Of a stretch of 64,000 nt of DNA, positions 18,209-28,046 are shown in pieces. The stretch is from a virus. Taxonomy: Duplodnaviria; Caudoviricetes. The notes under the pieces are model-generated. The model did no database searches. It saw only the letters and a list, made by a program, of their open reading frames with translations, and was not told the DNA's origin. Both the position numbers and the translations under genes were made by a program. The stretch spans positions 1 to 64,000 of IMG/VR virus record IMGVR_UViG_3300013121_000038; one strand, given 5' to 3'. Position 1 is the first letter of the stretch. The number at the start of each line of letters is the position of its first letter.

Positions 18209-21200
18209 ATGCACAGTGCGAGGATGAGGCAGCCGGTGCCCAGCGACGCCAAGATGGGTGTTCTCATCGAGAACTCCATCAACAAGATCAAGGAGCTGTT
18301 TGCTGACGGCTACCTTGGCAGCTCGCAGCGTTCCCTTCGGCTGAAGGATGTCTGGGCCGAGGATGAGCTGCACTCCAGCGATGTGCAGGGCCAGCTCCAC
18401 GCCAAGCTCAACGATCAGACGTGGGGAGTGCCCATCAAGGCCACCATCGAGCTGATGGACCATCAGACCGGCAAGCCGATCGGCAAGCCGTCGACGGTCA
18501 CACTCATGCGGTTGCCGAAGCTGACGGACCGTTTCTCCTTCATCATCGACGGCGGGGAGTATCAAGTCGACCACCTTCTTCGTCTTCGATCTGGTGTGTA
18601 CACCCGCATCAAGAGGAACGGCGACCTCGTCTCCGAGTTCAACCTCGCGCGAGGCGGCAACAAGAACTTCGGGCTCTACCTCGACCGCAAGAAGAGCCTC
18701 GTCAACTTCCAGCCCAAGTCCTCCGAGGCCAAGGTCCCAGCCTACCCTCTGCTGAAGGTGATGGGCGTCTCGGACGAAGCCATCGAGCAGAGCTGGGGCA
18801 AGGCCGTCTTCGCTGCCAACCGGATCACGAACCCGGAAGCGGAAGAGAAGGTCCTTCGGCGCTTCTACGAGAAGACTGGCGGCAAGGACCTGGGACGCGC
18901 TCCCTCTCTGGAAGAGGTGAAGCAGCACGTCTACAGCTACTTCGACGATACTGCGCTCCGCCCTGAGACGACGAAGGTCACTCTCGGCAAGCCGTTCACC
19001 AAGGTGACCGGAGACGCGCTCTTGTCGGCGTCTTCCAAGCTCATCAAGTTGGAGAAGAAGGAAGTCGATGCAGATGATCGCGACTCCCTCATCTTCAAGG
19101 ACATCGTCCACATCGAAGACTTCATACCGGAGCGTCTCGGCAAGAGCCGTGGCCAGATCAAGCAGAAGGTCCGGAACGCGATCAACAACAAGACCAGCAT
19201 CTCCGAGATTCTCCAGGGTGGTGACATCTTCAAGCGTCCGATCGCCGACTTCTTCATGAAGGGTGGCAACGTCTCGGAGCGTGGGGACCAGACCAACCCT
19301 GTGCAGATGCTCTCAGGCAACTTCAAGACGACCCTCGTCGCCAAGGACTACGGCGGCATCAAGGACGCCGAGAAGCTGGGCGACGAGATGCGCGCCATCA
19401 ACCCCAGCCACTTCGGGTTCCTCGATCCGATGCACACGCCGGAGTCAGAGCGCACCGGCATCACCCTGCACCTCGGCTCAGGTGTCGTGAAGGACGGCAA
19501 CGAGCTGAAGACCCACGTCTACAACCTGAAGACCGGCAGGAACGAGTTGGTGCCGGTGCAGGACTTCCACGAGAAGACGGTCGTCCTCGCCGATCAGATC
19601 TCGTGGAAGAACGGCAAGCCGGTGCCTCATGCTGAGACGGTCAAGGTCAAGCTGCCTGGTGGCGACATCGGAATGCGAGCGATGTCAGAGGCCCACTACG
19701 TCATGCCGACGGCGAAGTCCATGTTCTCATGGGCCTCGAACCTGATTCCGTTCCTCCAGAACGATCAGGGCAACCGAGCCTCGATGGCGGACAAGCAGAT
19801 CGAGCAGGCCATCTCGCTGAAGTACCGAGAGGCGCCACTGGTCCAGTCCTCCGTCCACCAGGACAACCCCGAGTACACCTTCGAGAAGCACCTGGGGAAG
19901 AACATCGCTTCGCACAAGGCCCCAGTCGCCGGCGAGGTGGTGAAGGTCACGCCTGATGAGATCCACATCAAGAACGGCAAGGAGACACACAAGGTCCAGC
20001 TCTACAATCATTTCCCGCTGAACGATCCTGCGGCGATGCTGCACTCGACGGTGCTCGTGAAGCCTGGGGACCAGGTCAAGGCGAATCAGGTCTTGGCTGA
20101 CTCCAACTTCTCGAAGAACGGAACCCTGGCGCTCGGCACCAACCTGCGAGTCGGCTACATCCCGTACAAGGGCTACAACTTCGAGGACGGCATCGTCATT
20201 TCGGAGGGTGCATCGCAGCGGCTCACGTCGGAGCACCTGCACAAGCTGAAGCTCGACATCGACACGAAGATCGATCGGACCAGCAAGGCCTCCTGGAAGG
20301 CCCACTCGTCCCGGAAGGCCGCAGGTCTGGGCAAGGATCAGTGGGATGCGCTCGACGATGACGGAGTCGTGCGTGAGGGGACCGTCGTCCGGCCTGGGCA
20401 GATCCTCGTCACTGCCCTCACCCCCAACGTCCAGAAGAGCGACGTCCGCGCCAAGGCCTTCGGTCCGTCTCGTGCTGGCAAGGCCTGGAGAGACAAGTCT
20501 CTGACCTGGGACTCCGACTACGTCGGCACAGTGGCGCGCGTGGTGAAGTCGCCGAATGGCGGCGTCGTCCACGTCCATATCAAGACCGAGGAGCCGGCTG
20601 AGATCGGCGACAAGCTCTCAGGCCGACACGGCAACAAGGGCATCATCACCAAGATCCTGAAGAACGAGGAGATGCCGTTCACCGTCGATGCGGCGACGGG
20701 AGAGAGACGGCACATGGACGTGCTACTCAACCCATCAGGCATCCCGACCCGCATCAACCCTGGCCAGGTGCTGGAGACAGCCGCTGCGAAGATCGCTGAG
20801 AAGACTGGGAAGCCGTACTTCGTGAACAACTTCACCGGCGCTGGCCATGACTACCGCCAGATGGTGGTGGACGACCTCAAGAAGCATGGCCTCACCGACG
20901 AGGAGCTGGTCTACGACCCATCGGACGTCCGCAAGCCGCTCGGTTCGGTTCTCGTAGGCCCGCAGCACCTGCTGAAGCTGAAGCATCAGGTCGAGAAGAA
21001 GCTGGTCGTCCGTGGCGGCGAGTCAGACCTCGAAGGCCGGCAGTACGGATACGACTACGACATGCAGCCCTACAAGGGCGGAGCGCATGGCGGACAGGGC
21101 TTCGGCGCTCTGGAGCTCTACTCGCTCCTCGGCCACAACGCCCGCCACAACCTGCGCGAGATGTCGACCTACAAGTCCGACATGCAGGGCCCAGACTTCT

Positions 21201-24200
21201 GGGCGCTCATCCACGAAGGCCGTCAGCCTCGCCCGCCCAAGATCCCGTTCAGCTACCAGAAGTTCGAGGGCTTGCTGAAGGGTCTCGGCGTCGACGTCCG
21301 CAAGGAGGGCACCAACCTTCGCATGGTGCCGATGACGGACAAGGAGACGCTCAAGCTCTGCGGCGATGGGAAGAACGAGATCACCCAGCCGAAGCTCCTC
21401 ATGTCGAAGGGCTTCAAGGAAGAGAAGGGCGGCTTCTTCGATCCACAGGCCACCGGAGGGCTTGGTGGCACGAAGTGGGCACATCTCAAGCTCACCGAAC
21501 CGATGCCGAACCCAGTCTTCGTCGGTGAGAAGCAGAGCAAGGGACCGATCCCAGCTCTTCTCTCCCTGAACCATGGTGACATCGCCGTCCAAGACATCGA
21601 CGCCATCATGGCCGGCAAGAAGACTCTCAATGGCAAGATCGGCGGAGCTGCCATCCACGACGCGCTGAAGGCCATCAACGTCGACGAGGCCATCAAGCAC
21701 GTCAGGATCGATCTCGCAGCGAAGAGAGGGTCGAAGAAGGATCAGCTCCATCGAACTCTGAAGTACCTGCTCGCGTTGAAGGATCTGGGCCTCAAGCCTC
21801 ATGAGGCCTATGTCATGAACCACCTGCCGGTACTGCCCCCAGTCTTCCGTCCTCTGACACTCACCTCACGCGGCAACGTGGCCGGCTCCAAGCTGAACGA
21901 CCTCTACCACACGCTCGCCATCAACAACGACGAGCTGCGGAAGATGGACCCGAACCGCTTCGGTCCAGAGATCGGCAACGAGCTTCGAGACAAGACCTGG
22001 AACTCCTTGAAGGCTCTTCAGTCCGTCGGCGACTACAAGTCTGGTTTCGACGAGACGACGCATGAGCCTCGGGCGTTCAAGGGCCTCATCGACATGATCG
22101 GTGGTGGTGAGGGAGAGCAGCCGAAGCAGGGCTACTTCCAGGAGCACCTCATCAAGAGGAAGCAGGACCTCTCCATCCGCTCTACCATCGTGCCGGAGCC
22201 GACTCTGCACATCGACGAGGTCGGTGTTCCGCTCCGCGCCGCCATGGAGCTCTACAAGCCATTCGTCATCGGCAAGCTCCACTCGAAGTACAGCTACCGT
22301 CCTGGCGAGGCCATGGACGAGCTGAAGACCTTCTCGGATCGGTCGAAGGCTGTCCTCCAGGAGGTCATGAACGAGAGGCCGCTGCTGCTCAAGCGCGACC
22401 CGTCGCTGCACAAGTTCAACGTGATGGCGTTCCGCCCCAAGATCGTGGAGGGCAAGGCCATCAAGATCCACCCTCTCGTCTGCGGCGGCTTCAACGCTGA
22501 CTTCGACGGCGACACCATGGCCGGCACCATCCCCGTGTCGCAGGCTGCTGTCGAAGAGGCAATGAAGATGTTCCCGTCGAAGAACCTCTTCTCGCCGGCA
22601 TCGTATCGGGCGATGCACATTCCCAACCAAGAGTTCCTGCTCGGGCTCAATCTCGCAACGCAGTGGGGGAAGAAGACCGACCATTCCTTCGCGACGCTGA
22701 AGGAACTGAAGAAGGCCCATGAGAACCACAAGATCGGGCTCACGGACGTCGTCTCCCTGGGCGGCAAGCCGACCACCGTCGGACGCGCCTTGATCGTTGA
22801 GGGCCTGCCTGCTGCGTCAGCGCACGTCAAGCCGATCCTCAACGACCCGAAGTTCGTTATCACCGCCGGCGTGCTGCGTGACATCGTCGGCGGTATCTCG
22901 AAGAACCATCCGGAGAAGTTCGACCAGGTCGTGAACCACTTGAAGGATGTCGGTGTGGATCAGTCCTTCAAGGAAGGGTTCTCGCTTGGGCTCAAGGACT
23001 TCGCTACTCTTCCGGAGCGTGATCGCATCCTCGCCGCCGCCAAGAAGGAAGCCGACCATGTTCACCGCACCGTCAAGGACGCGACGGAGCGCGACGCCAA
23101 GCTCGTGTCCTTGTGGACCAAGGCCACCAAGGCACTCGACGACGCTTCAGAGGCCAGATTCACCACCCCAGGAGCCTCCAACCGTCTCGCTCAGATGGTG
23201 TACTCCGGATCTCGCGGTAAGAAGGAACAGCTTCGTCAGATGGTATCCGCGCCCATCCTCGTGCAGGATGCCACTGGCCGCACGCTGCCGAACCCTGTCA
23301 CCAGGTCCTATGGTGAGGGCCTAGACCTCGGCGACTACTGGCTCAGCCAGCACGGCGCGCGCAAGGGGACGCTGAACCGTGCATCCGGTACTCGCGAGCC
23401 TGGTGCGATGACGAAGGACATCATCAACAGCACCATCTCCACTCTCATCACCAGCAACGACTGCAAGACGAACCACGGCATCTCGATGTCGTTGGACCCG
23501 AAGGATCCGTACCACGGCGACATCTACGACCGCTTCCTCGCCAAGGACCATGGGCCGTACAAGGCTGGCGAACTCATCACTCCTGCTGTCGTCGACCATC
23601 TCAGGAAGACGGTCGGGAAGGATGCCAAGATCCAGGTCCGGTCCCCTCTCAAGTGCCAGCACGGCAGCGGCATCTGCGCCAAGTGCTTCGGGCTGAACGA
23701 GAACGGGACTCTGCATCCGATGGGCACCAACATCGGCGTCTTGGCCGGCCAGTCTCTTGGCGAGCCGGCCACGCAACTCGCCATGGATGCGTTCCATACA
23801 GGCGGCGTCGCTTCTGGAGCTGGCGGGTCTTCGGTTTCCCGCATCGAGCGCTTGAAGCAGCTTCTCAAGATGCCGAAGACGTTGAAGGGGTCTGCAATCC
23901 TCGCCAAGACGGACGGCCCGGTCACCTCCATCAAGCCGCACCACCTCGGTGGTCATCTCGTGACGATCGGCGGCATCGATCATCATGTTCGTGAAGGCGA
24001 GATCAACCCGGCGCTCAAGATCGGCTCGAACGTGCGACGTGGTGCGTCGCTCTCCAACGATCTCGCCCCAGTCCACCCGAAGGAGCTTCTGCATGTCACG
24101 AAGGACATGCACGAGGTCCAGCGCTACCTGGTCGATGAGCTCTACACGAAGCTCTACAAGGACGAGCATGTCCGGCCCAGGAACATCGAGCTTGTGGTTC

Positions 24201-24556
24201 GCTCCCTCACCAACCTGACTCGCGTGAAGGACCCGGGGCATTCCCACTGGGAGATGCACGATGTGGTGCCTCACTCCGAGGTGGAGGAGTTCAACCGCGA
24301 GCACAAGGGTCAGAAGAACTTCAAGCCCATCATCCACGAGCCGATTCTCAAGGGGTCCGGTGAGATCCCACGCCACACCGAGGACTGGATGTCTCGTCTC
24401 AACTACCAGCGGCTTGGTGAGACGATCCAGCGCGGCGCTGCCATGGCATGGAAGAGCGACATCCATGGCACGCACCCCATCCCAGGCATCGCCTACGGCG
24501 CCGAGTTCGGCCCGCACCCAACCACGCCGCCAGGCAAGAAGCCGTACGTCTACTAG
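18209..24556 (+). CDS. rpoBC: Single-chain DNA-directed RNA polymerase, beta-beta' fusion (true start may be 18224 or 18254)
   Basis: Beta motifs: HTPE, LIPFLQND, GYNFEDGI, GDKLSGRHGNKG, LNPSGIPTRINPGQ, GGQGFGALE. Beta' motifs: LPVLPPVFRP, NADFDGD (22493-22513), HGARKG, RSPLKC...CAKCFG, GEPATQL. All lie in one uninterrupted frame. Confidence 0.97.
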   Translation: MHSARMRQPVPSDAKMGVLIENSINKIKELFADGYLGSSQRSLRLKDVWAEDELHSSDVQGQLHAKLNDQTWGVPIKATIELMDHQTGKPIGKPSTVTLMRLPKLTDRFSFIIDGGEYQVDHLLRLRSGVYTRIKRNGDLVSEFNLARGGNKNFGLYLDRKKSLVNFQPKSSEAKVPAYPLLKVMGVSDEAIEQSWGKAVFAANRITNPEAEEKVLRRFYEKTGGKDLGRAPSLEEVKQHVYSYFDDTALRPETTKVTLGKPFTKVTGDALLSASSKLIKLEKKEVDADDRDSLIFKDIVHIEDFIPERLGKSRGQIKQKVRNAINNKTSISEILQGGDIFKRPIADFFMKGGNVSERGDQTNPVQMLSGNFKTTLVAKDYGGIKDAEKLGDEMRAINPSHFGFLDPMHTPESERTGITLHLGSGVVKDGNELKTHVYNLKTGRNELVPVQDFHEKTVVLADQISWKNGKPVPHAETVKVKLPGGDIGMRAMSEAHYVMPTAKSMFSWASNLIPFLQNDQGNRASMADKQIEQAISLKYREAPLVQSSVHQDNPEYTFEKHLGKNIASHKAPVAGEVVKVTPDEIHIKNGKETHKVQLYNHFPLNDPAAMLHSTVLVKPGDQVKANQVLADSNFSKNGTLALGTNLRVGYIPYKGYNFEDGIVISEGASQRLTSEHLHKLKLDIDTKIDRTSKASWKAHSSRKAAGLGKDQWDALDDDGVVREGTVVRPGQILVTALTPNVQKSDVRAKAFGPSRAGKAWRDKSLTWDSDYVGTVARVVKSPNGGVVHVHIKTEEPAEIGDKLSGRHGNKGIITKILKNEEMPFTVDAATGERRHMDVLLNPSGIPTRINPGQVLETAAAKIAEKTGKPYFVNNFTGAGHDYRQMVVDDLKKHGLTDEELVYDPSDVRKPLGSVLVGPQHLLKLKHQVEKKLVVRGGESDLEGRQYGYDYDMQPYKGGAHGGQGFGALELYSLLGHNARHNLREMSTYKSDMQGPDFWALIHEGRQPRPPKIPFSYQKFEGLLKGLGVDVRKEGTNLRMVPMTDKETLKLCGDGKNEITQPKLLMSKGFKEEKGGFFDPQATGGLGGTKWAHLKLTEPMPNPVFVGEKQSKGPIPALLSLNHGDIAVQDIDAIMAGKKTLNGKIGGAAIHDALKAINVDEAIKHVRIDLAAKRGSKKDQLHRTLKYLLALKDLGLKPHEAYVMNHLPVLPPVFRPLTLTSRGNVAGSKLNDLYHTLAINNDELRKMDPNRFGPEIGNELRDKTWNSLKALQSVGDYKSGFDETTHEPRAFKGLIDMIGGGEGEQPKQGYFQEHLIKRKQDLSIRSTIVPEPTLHIDEVGVPLRAAMELYKPFVIGKLHSKYSYRPGEAMDELKTFSDRSKAVLQEVMNERPLLLKRDPSLHKFNVMAFRPKIVEGKAIKIHPLVCGGFNADFDGDTMAGTIPVSQAAVEEAMKMFPSKNLFSPASYRAMHIPNQEFLLGLNLATQWGKKTDHSFATLKELKKAHENHKIGLTDVVSLGGKPTTVGRALIVEGLPAASAHVKPILNDPKFVITAGVLRDIVGGISKNHPEKFDQVVNHLKDVGVDQSFKEGFSLGLKDFATLPERDRILAAAKKEADHVHRTVKDATERDAKLVSLWTKATKALDDASEARFTTPGASNRLAQMVYSGSRGKKEQLRQMVSAPILVQDATGRTLPNPVTRSYGEGLDLGDYWLSQHGARKGTLNRASGTREPGAMTKDIINSTISTLITSNDCKTNHGISMSLDPKDPYHGDIYDRFLAKDHGPYKAGELITPAVVDHLRKTVGKDAKIQVRSPLKCQHGSGICAKCFGLNENGTLHPMGTNIGVLAGQSLGEPATQLAMDAFHTGGVASGAGGSSVSRIERLKQLLKMPKTLKGSAILAKTDGPVTSIKPHHLGGHLVTIGGIDHHVREGEINPALKIGSNVRRGASLSNDLAPVHPKELLHVTKDMHEVQRYLVDELYTKLYKDEHVRPRNIELVVRSLTNLTRVKDPGHSHWEMHDVVPHSEVEEFNREHKGQKNFKPIIHEPILKGSGEIPRHTEDWMSRLNYQRLGETIQRGAAMAWKSDIHGTHPIPGIAYGAEFGPHPTTPPGKKPYVY

Positions 24557-25726
24557 ATGGGCGCCCCAGCTTCTACCCACCAAGTTCGCCTCGTCCCCTC
24601 GTACGTCGAGAGCGGGCGCGTCGTAGATGTGGATGTCGAGTCGTACAGGCTCTCAGTCGTCACTCAGATGACTCAGAAGTCCTTCGTCGGCCTGTCCTTC
24701 GCCACGCCGTATCAACACGGTGCCAACGGCGAAGGCATCTACTTCATGCCTGAGGTCGGCAGTCTCGTCTGGCTCTGTTGGCCGTCCGACAACGCCAACC
24801 GCCCCTTCGTGATGAGCTGGGCGCCGATGCGGGAAGATTCTGGCTCCATGCGGTCTGGCAAGCTGGCGCTCAACCCAGGCGACATCTACCTCGGCACGCG
24901 CGACGAGAACTTCATCATCCTGAGGCGAGGCGGCATCGTGCAGATCGGCGGAGGCCCGCTCAGCCAGCGGCTCTTCATGCCAATCAACAACGTCATCAAG
25001 GACATCTGCGAGAACTACTCACTCAACACCATCGGCGGGGATTTGGAGTGGAGCGTCCAGAGGCCGGAGAAGAGCGCGGACGGCAAGAGACCAGCTCTTC
25101 TTAGCATCCGCGCCAAGGAATACGCGAACGATGATGACTACGTCGCGCTCTTGGAGATGGGGTCAAGAGAAGGCAACGTCTCGGAAAACGGTTCCCACAC
25201 GGCCAACGCACAGAATATCCTGTCTCTCGCTATCAAGGCGTCAGGGAAGAAGGGCGCGGCGAAGAAGATCTCTCTGGAGTTCCGGAAGGATGGCAGCGCA
25301 GCCTGGAGCTTCGAGGGCGATGTCGAGTGGATGGTGAAGAAGAGCCTCTCCGTCGACGTTGAAAAGGAGCTCTTCCTGATGGCTGGGGAGTTGGCCAGGC
25401 TAGAAGGAAAGACGGTAGAGATCGAAGCGGCGCAGGGCGCGGTCGGCATCACTGGCAAGACCACAGTCGACATCATGGCAGGAGCGTCAGTGAATCTCGG
25501 GCCTCAGGTGAACATGGGCGTCACGCCAGGAGCTGGCGGCGCCGTTGGTCTGAAGCCGATGATGCTCGCTGATGATGACTTCTTGACCTGGCTCATCAAC
25601 CACGTCCACATCTGCGCGCCGCCAGGATCGCCATCTCAACCGGCAACGGATCTCAGGTACAACCCTAGCTTCGGCAAGGTCCAGGCGAGTCAGGGCCACA
25701 AGGCGAAGAAGTCCTTCGGAAAGTAG
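24557..25726 (+). CDS. Baseplate central spike (gp5/gpV-like)
   Basis: N-terminal OB-fold pattern (GRVVDVD...MPEVGSLVWL), beta-rich middle, C-terminal apex-like HVH...GSPSQP. Confidence 0.7.
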   Translation: MGAPASTHQVRLVPSYVESGRVVDVDVESYRLSVVTQMTQKSFVGLSFATPYQHGANGEGIYFMPEVGSLVWLCWPSDNANRPFVMSWAPMREDSGSMRSGKLALNPGDIYLGTRDENFIILRRGGIVQIGGGPLSQRLFMPINNVIKDICENYSLNTIGGDLEWSVQRPEKSADGKRPALLSIRAKEYANDDDYVALLEMGSREGNVSENGSHTANAQNILSLAIKASGKKGAAKKISLEFRKDGSAAWSFEGDVEWMVKKSLSVDVEKELFLMAGELARLEGKTVEIEAAQGAVGITGKTTVDIMAGASVNLGPQVNMGVTPGAGGAVGLKPMMLADDDFLTWLINHVHICAPPGSPSQPATDLRYNPSFGKVQASQGHKAKKSFGK

Positions 25727-25735
25727 GAGACGAAG

Positions 25736-28045
25736 ATGAAGCCTCTCTACAAGGATCAGCTCCCCGAGTTCGAGAAGGATTCGGCATACGCAGGGCGCCT
25801 CTCCGAGGAGCCGGCGCAGTGGCCGCAGGAGCTGACCAGCGACCTCTACAAGGAACTCCCCTTCCTCTCCGACTACGACGTCAACGTCAACATGGAGCGG
25901 ATGGACGAGGAGCGCGGCTTCGCCTTCGGCTACGCCGACGTCTCCAACAAGACGGAGCGGCCGGAGGTCGAGCACGACGAAGCTGGTCTCCCCCACATCC
26001 GCATCCCGATCATCGTCGAGGAGAGGATGCGCAAGCCCTTCTCGACCTTCACCGACGGGGAGAAGGTACTGCCGTTGAACGAGGACCGCATCCGCGAGCA
26101 CCTCTTCAACCCAGGCACCTTCGACCTCTCGACGGTCGCGCCGCAGGACCCGAGCCTGGTCGAACCTCTCATGCCTCCGCACCGCAGTGGCATCGGCATG
26201 GGCGGCGACTACAAGCTGGCCTCCGCCGACGAGAAGCTCCTCGCCATGCTTCAGGGCGGAGGCAAGAAGAAGGTCGCCTTCAAGCACATCTCCCAGGAGC
26301 AGTGGCAGGCGATGTACAACAGCCTGGAGATCCAGAAGATGGTGCAGGAGTACGGTTCCGCCGCGCACCCCGCCGTGCAGAACAAGGTCTACGAGATGGC
26401 GACCAAGCTCTACGGCTACCACCCGAAGCCGGAGCCGCCTCCTCCTCACAAGCTCCAGGAGCACCACCAGAAGATCCAGGAGAAGCAGCAGAAGAGCAGC
26501 GAGAAGCAGCAGGAGAAGGCCAAGAAGATGATGACCGAGGGCCAGAAGCTCATGGGCAAGACTGGCTCCGCCTCCCTGCTTCTCGCCATCGCACCGACCA
26601 TGCGCGAGAAGGACAAGATCGCTTTCTTCACGAAGCTGTCGGAGGATGCCACCATCCGAGCCGGTCTCCGGCGTTCTGGCATCTTCCCAGTGCTGAACGA
26701 GCTCCACAACACGAAGCTCGCCAGCGCCGATGATCGACTCCGGGCGGTGGCGCAGAACATCGATCCAACGGTCGTCACCATCCACAAGCTCCCTGGAGGC
26801 GACTTCCTCGTGAAGAGCGCCAACAACGAGGCGTTCGCGCCAGACCAGGCGGCCCAAGGAGAGGTGGTGCCACAGGAAGAGATGGCCGGCGCCATCGACC
26901 CGGAGCAGGCTCAGGGCATGCAGCCTGGTCAGACGGCCACGGCGGTCGCCGATCCAGTGGAGAGCACCGAGCCAGAGCCGCCAGCCGCCGTCGTCGCCGA
27001 CCAGTTCGGCGAGTACCTGGTCCAGGACCTCATGGGCAACCAGGTCATGGGCTGGGTCTTCCCGCAGACCCTGGCCTGGGACGGCACCTTCTCGCCACAG
27101 CCGGTGGCGCTCTTCACCAACGGCTCCGCCTTCGCCATGCAGGACTCCATCGCCGGCGAGCTCATCGGCAAGAGCTCGCAGCTCCCCATGGCAACCCCGC
27201 GTGGAGAGGGCACTTTCTACGAGGTGACCCGCGCCGGCGTGAAGGCCACCGCGCCGGTGACCGTGAAGAGCGGCATGACAGGACCGGACGGCAGCCCCAT
27301 GTTCGCCTGCTCCGACTTCATGGGGAACGAGTTCTCCGTCCACCTCGCGCAGGAGCTCGCGCAGCCTCAGCGCATCAGCGACAACGAGTACGCCATCCCA
27401 GCGACCTGGAAGTTCATGCCGCTGTCGAACCAGACGCAGCTCGTCCCTGACCCGGTCCAGATGAACAAGACCGGCGCCGTGAAGATCGCCGCCCAGAGCG
27501 TGACGCTCTTCTGGAACGGCAGCTTCAACCTCGACGGCGGCTGCGGCATCCACAAGCTCGCCAGCCAGTGGCGGCACGACCTCGACCCCGTCTCCGCCGA
27601 GTTCATGCTCGGCCTGCTCGGTGTCCCCGGCGCGGAGATCAAGTCGAAGCTGGCAGCCGCGCGCAAGCACGGCTCGGTGGAGATGTCGAACCTCCACCAG
27701 ATCACCACCCTCGCCGAGCGGTACCAGGAGAAGCAGAAGACGGCGCAGACCCTGGCCCTCCGCATCCCCAACCTGCGGCGCGACCTGCTCAAGGAGGCGG
27801 CGGCCATCGACGACGAGGCCACTGTCGACAAGCTCCTGGCCCTCAACTTCATCAACCCGGAGAACCTCGCCACCTTCGTCGGCTACGTGCCGGAGCTGGA
27901 GGAGACGAGTGAGAAGCTCGCAGAGATGCTGCTCAGCAGCTACATCGGCATGAAGGAGATGCCGGAGGGCGCCATCGAGCGGTCCATGAAGAACATGGAA
28001 GAGGTCGTGAAGGCGCTCAAGGCAGTCGAGCACGCGGAGGCGTAA
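25736..28045 (+). CDS. Large putative head/core protein with many K-x-[AS] motifs
   Basis: 769 aa, AGGAG RBS; YKLASA, TKLASA, VKIAA, HKLAS, QKTAQ, LKEAAA. Confidence 0.75.
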   Translation: MKPLYKDQLPEFEKDSAYAGRLSEEPAQWPQELTSDLYKELPFLSDYDVNVNMERMDEERGFAFGYADVSNKTERPEVEHDEAGLPHIRIPIIVEERMRKPFSTFTDGEKVLPLNEDRIREHLFNPGTFDLSTVAPQDPSLVEPLMPPHRSGIGMGGDYKLASADEKLLAMLQGGGKKKVAFKHISQEQWQAMYNSLEIQKMVQEYGSAAHPAVQNKVYEMATKLYGYHPKPEPPPPHKLQEHHQKIQEKQQKSSEKQQEKAKKMMTEGQKLMGKTGSASLLLAIAPTMREKDKIAFFTKLSEDATIRAGLRRSGIFPVLNELHNTKLASADDRLRAVAQNIDPTVVTIHKLPGGDFLVKSANNEAFAPDQAAQGEVVPQEEMAGAIDPEQAQGMQPGQTATAVADPVESTEPEPPAAVVADQFGEYLVQDLMGNQVMGWVFPQTLAWDGTFSPQPVALFTNGSAFAMQDSIAGELIGKSSQLPMATPRGEGTFYEVTRAGVKATAPVTVKSGMTGPDGSPMFACSDFMGNEFSVHLAQELAQPQRISDNEYAIPATWKFMPLSNQTQLVPDPVQMNKTGAVKIAAQSVTLFWNGSFNLDGGCGIHKLASQWRHDLDPVSAEFMLGLLGVPGAEIKSKLAAARKHGSVEMSNLHQITTLAERYQEKQKTAQTLALRIPNLRRDLLKEAAAIDDEATVDKLLALNFINPENLATFVGYVPELEETSEKLAEMLLSSYIGMKEMPEGAIERSMKNMEEVVKALKAVEHAEA

Positions 28046-28046
28046 G

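Noticed and set aside
18209-24556. Host rpoBC operon (bacterial chromosome origin)
   Set aside because: There are no flanking ribosomal protein genes, the neighbours are virion genes, and the sequence is strongly divergent and shortened.
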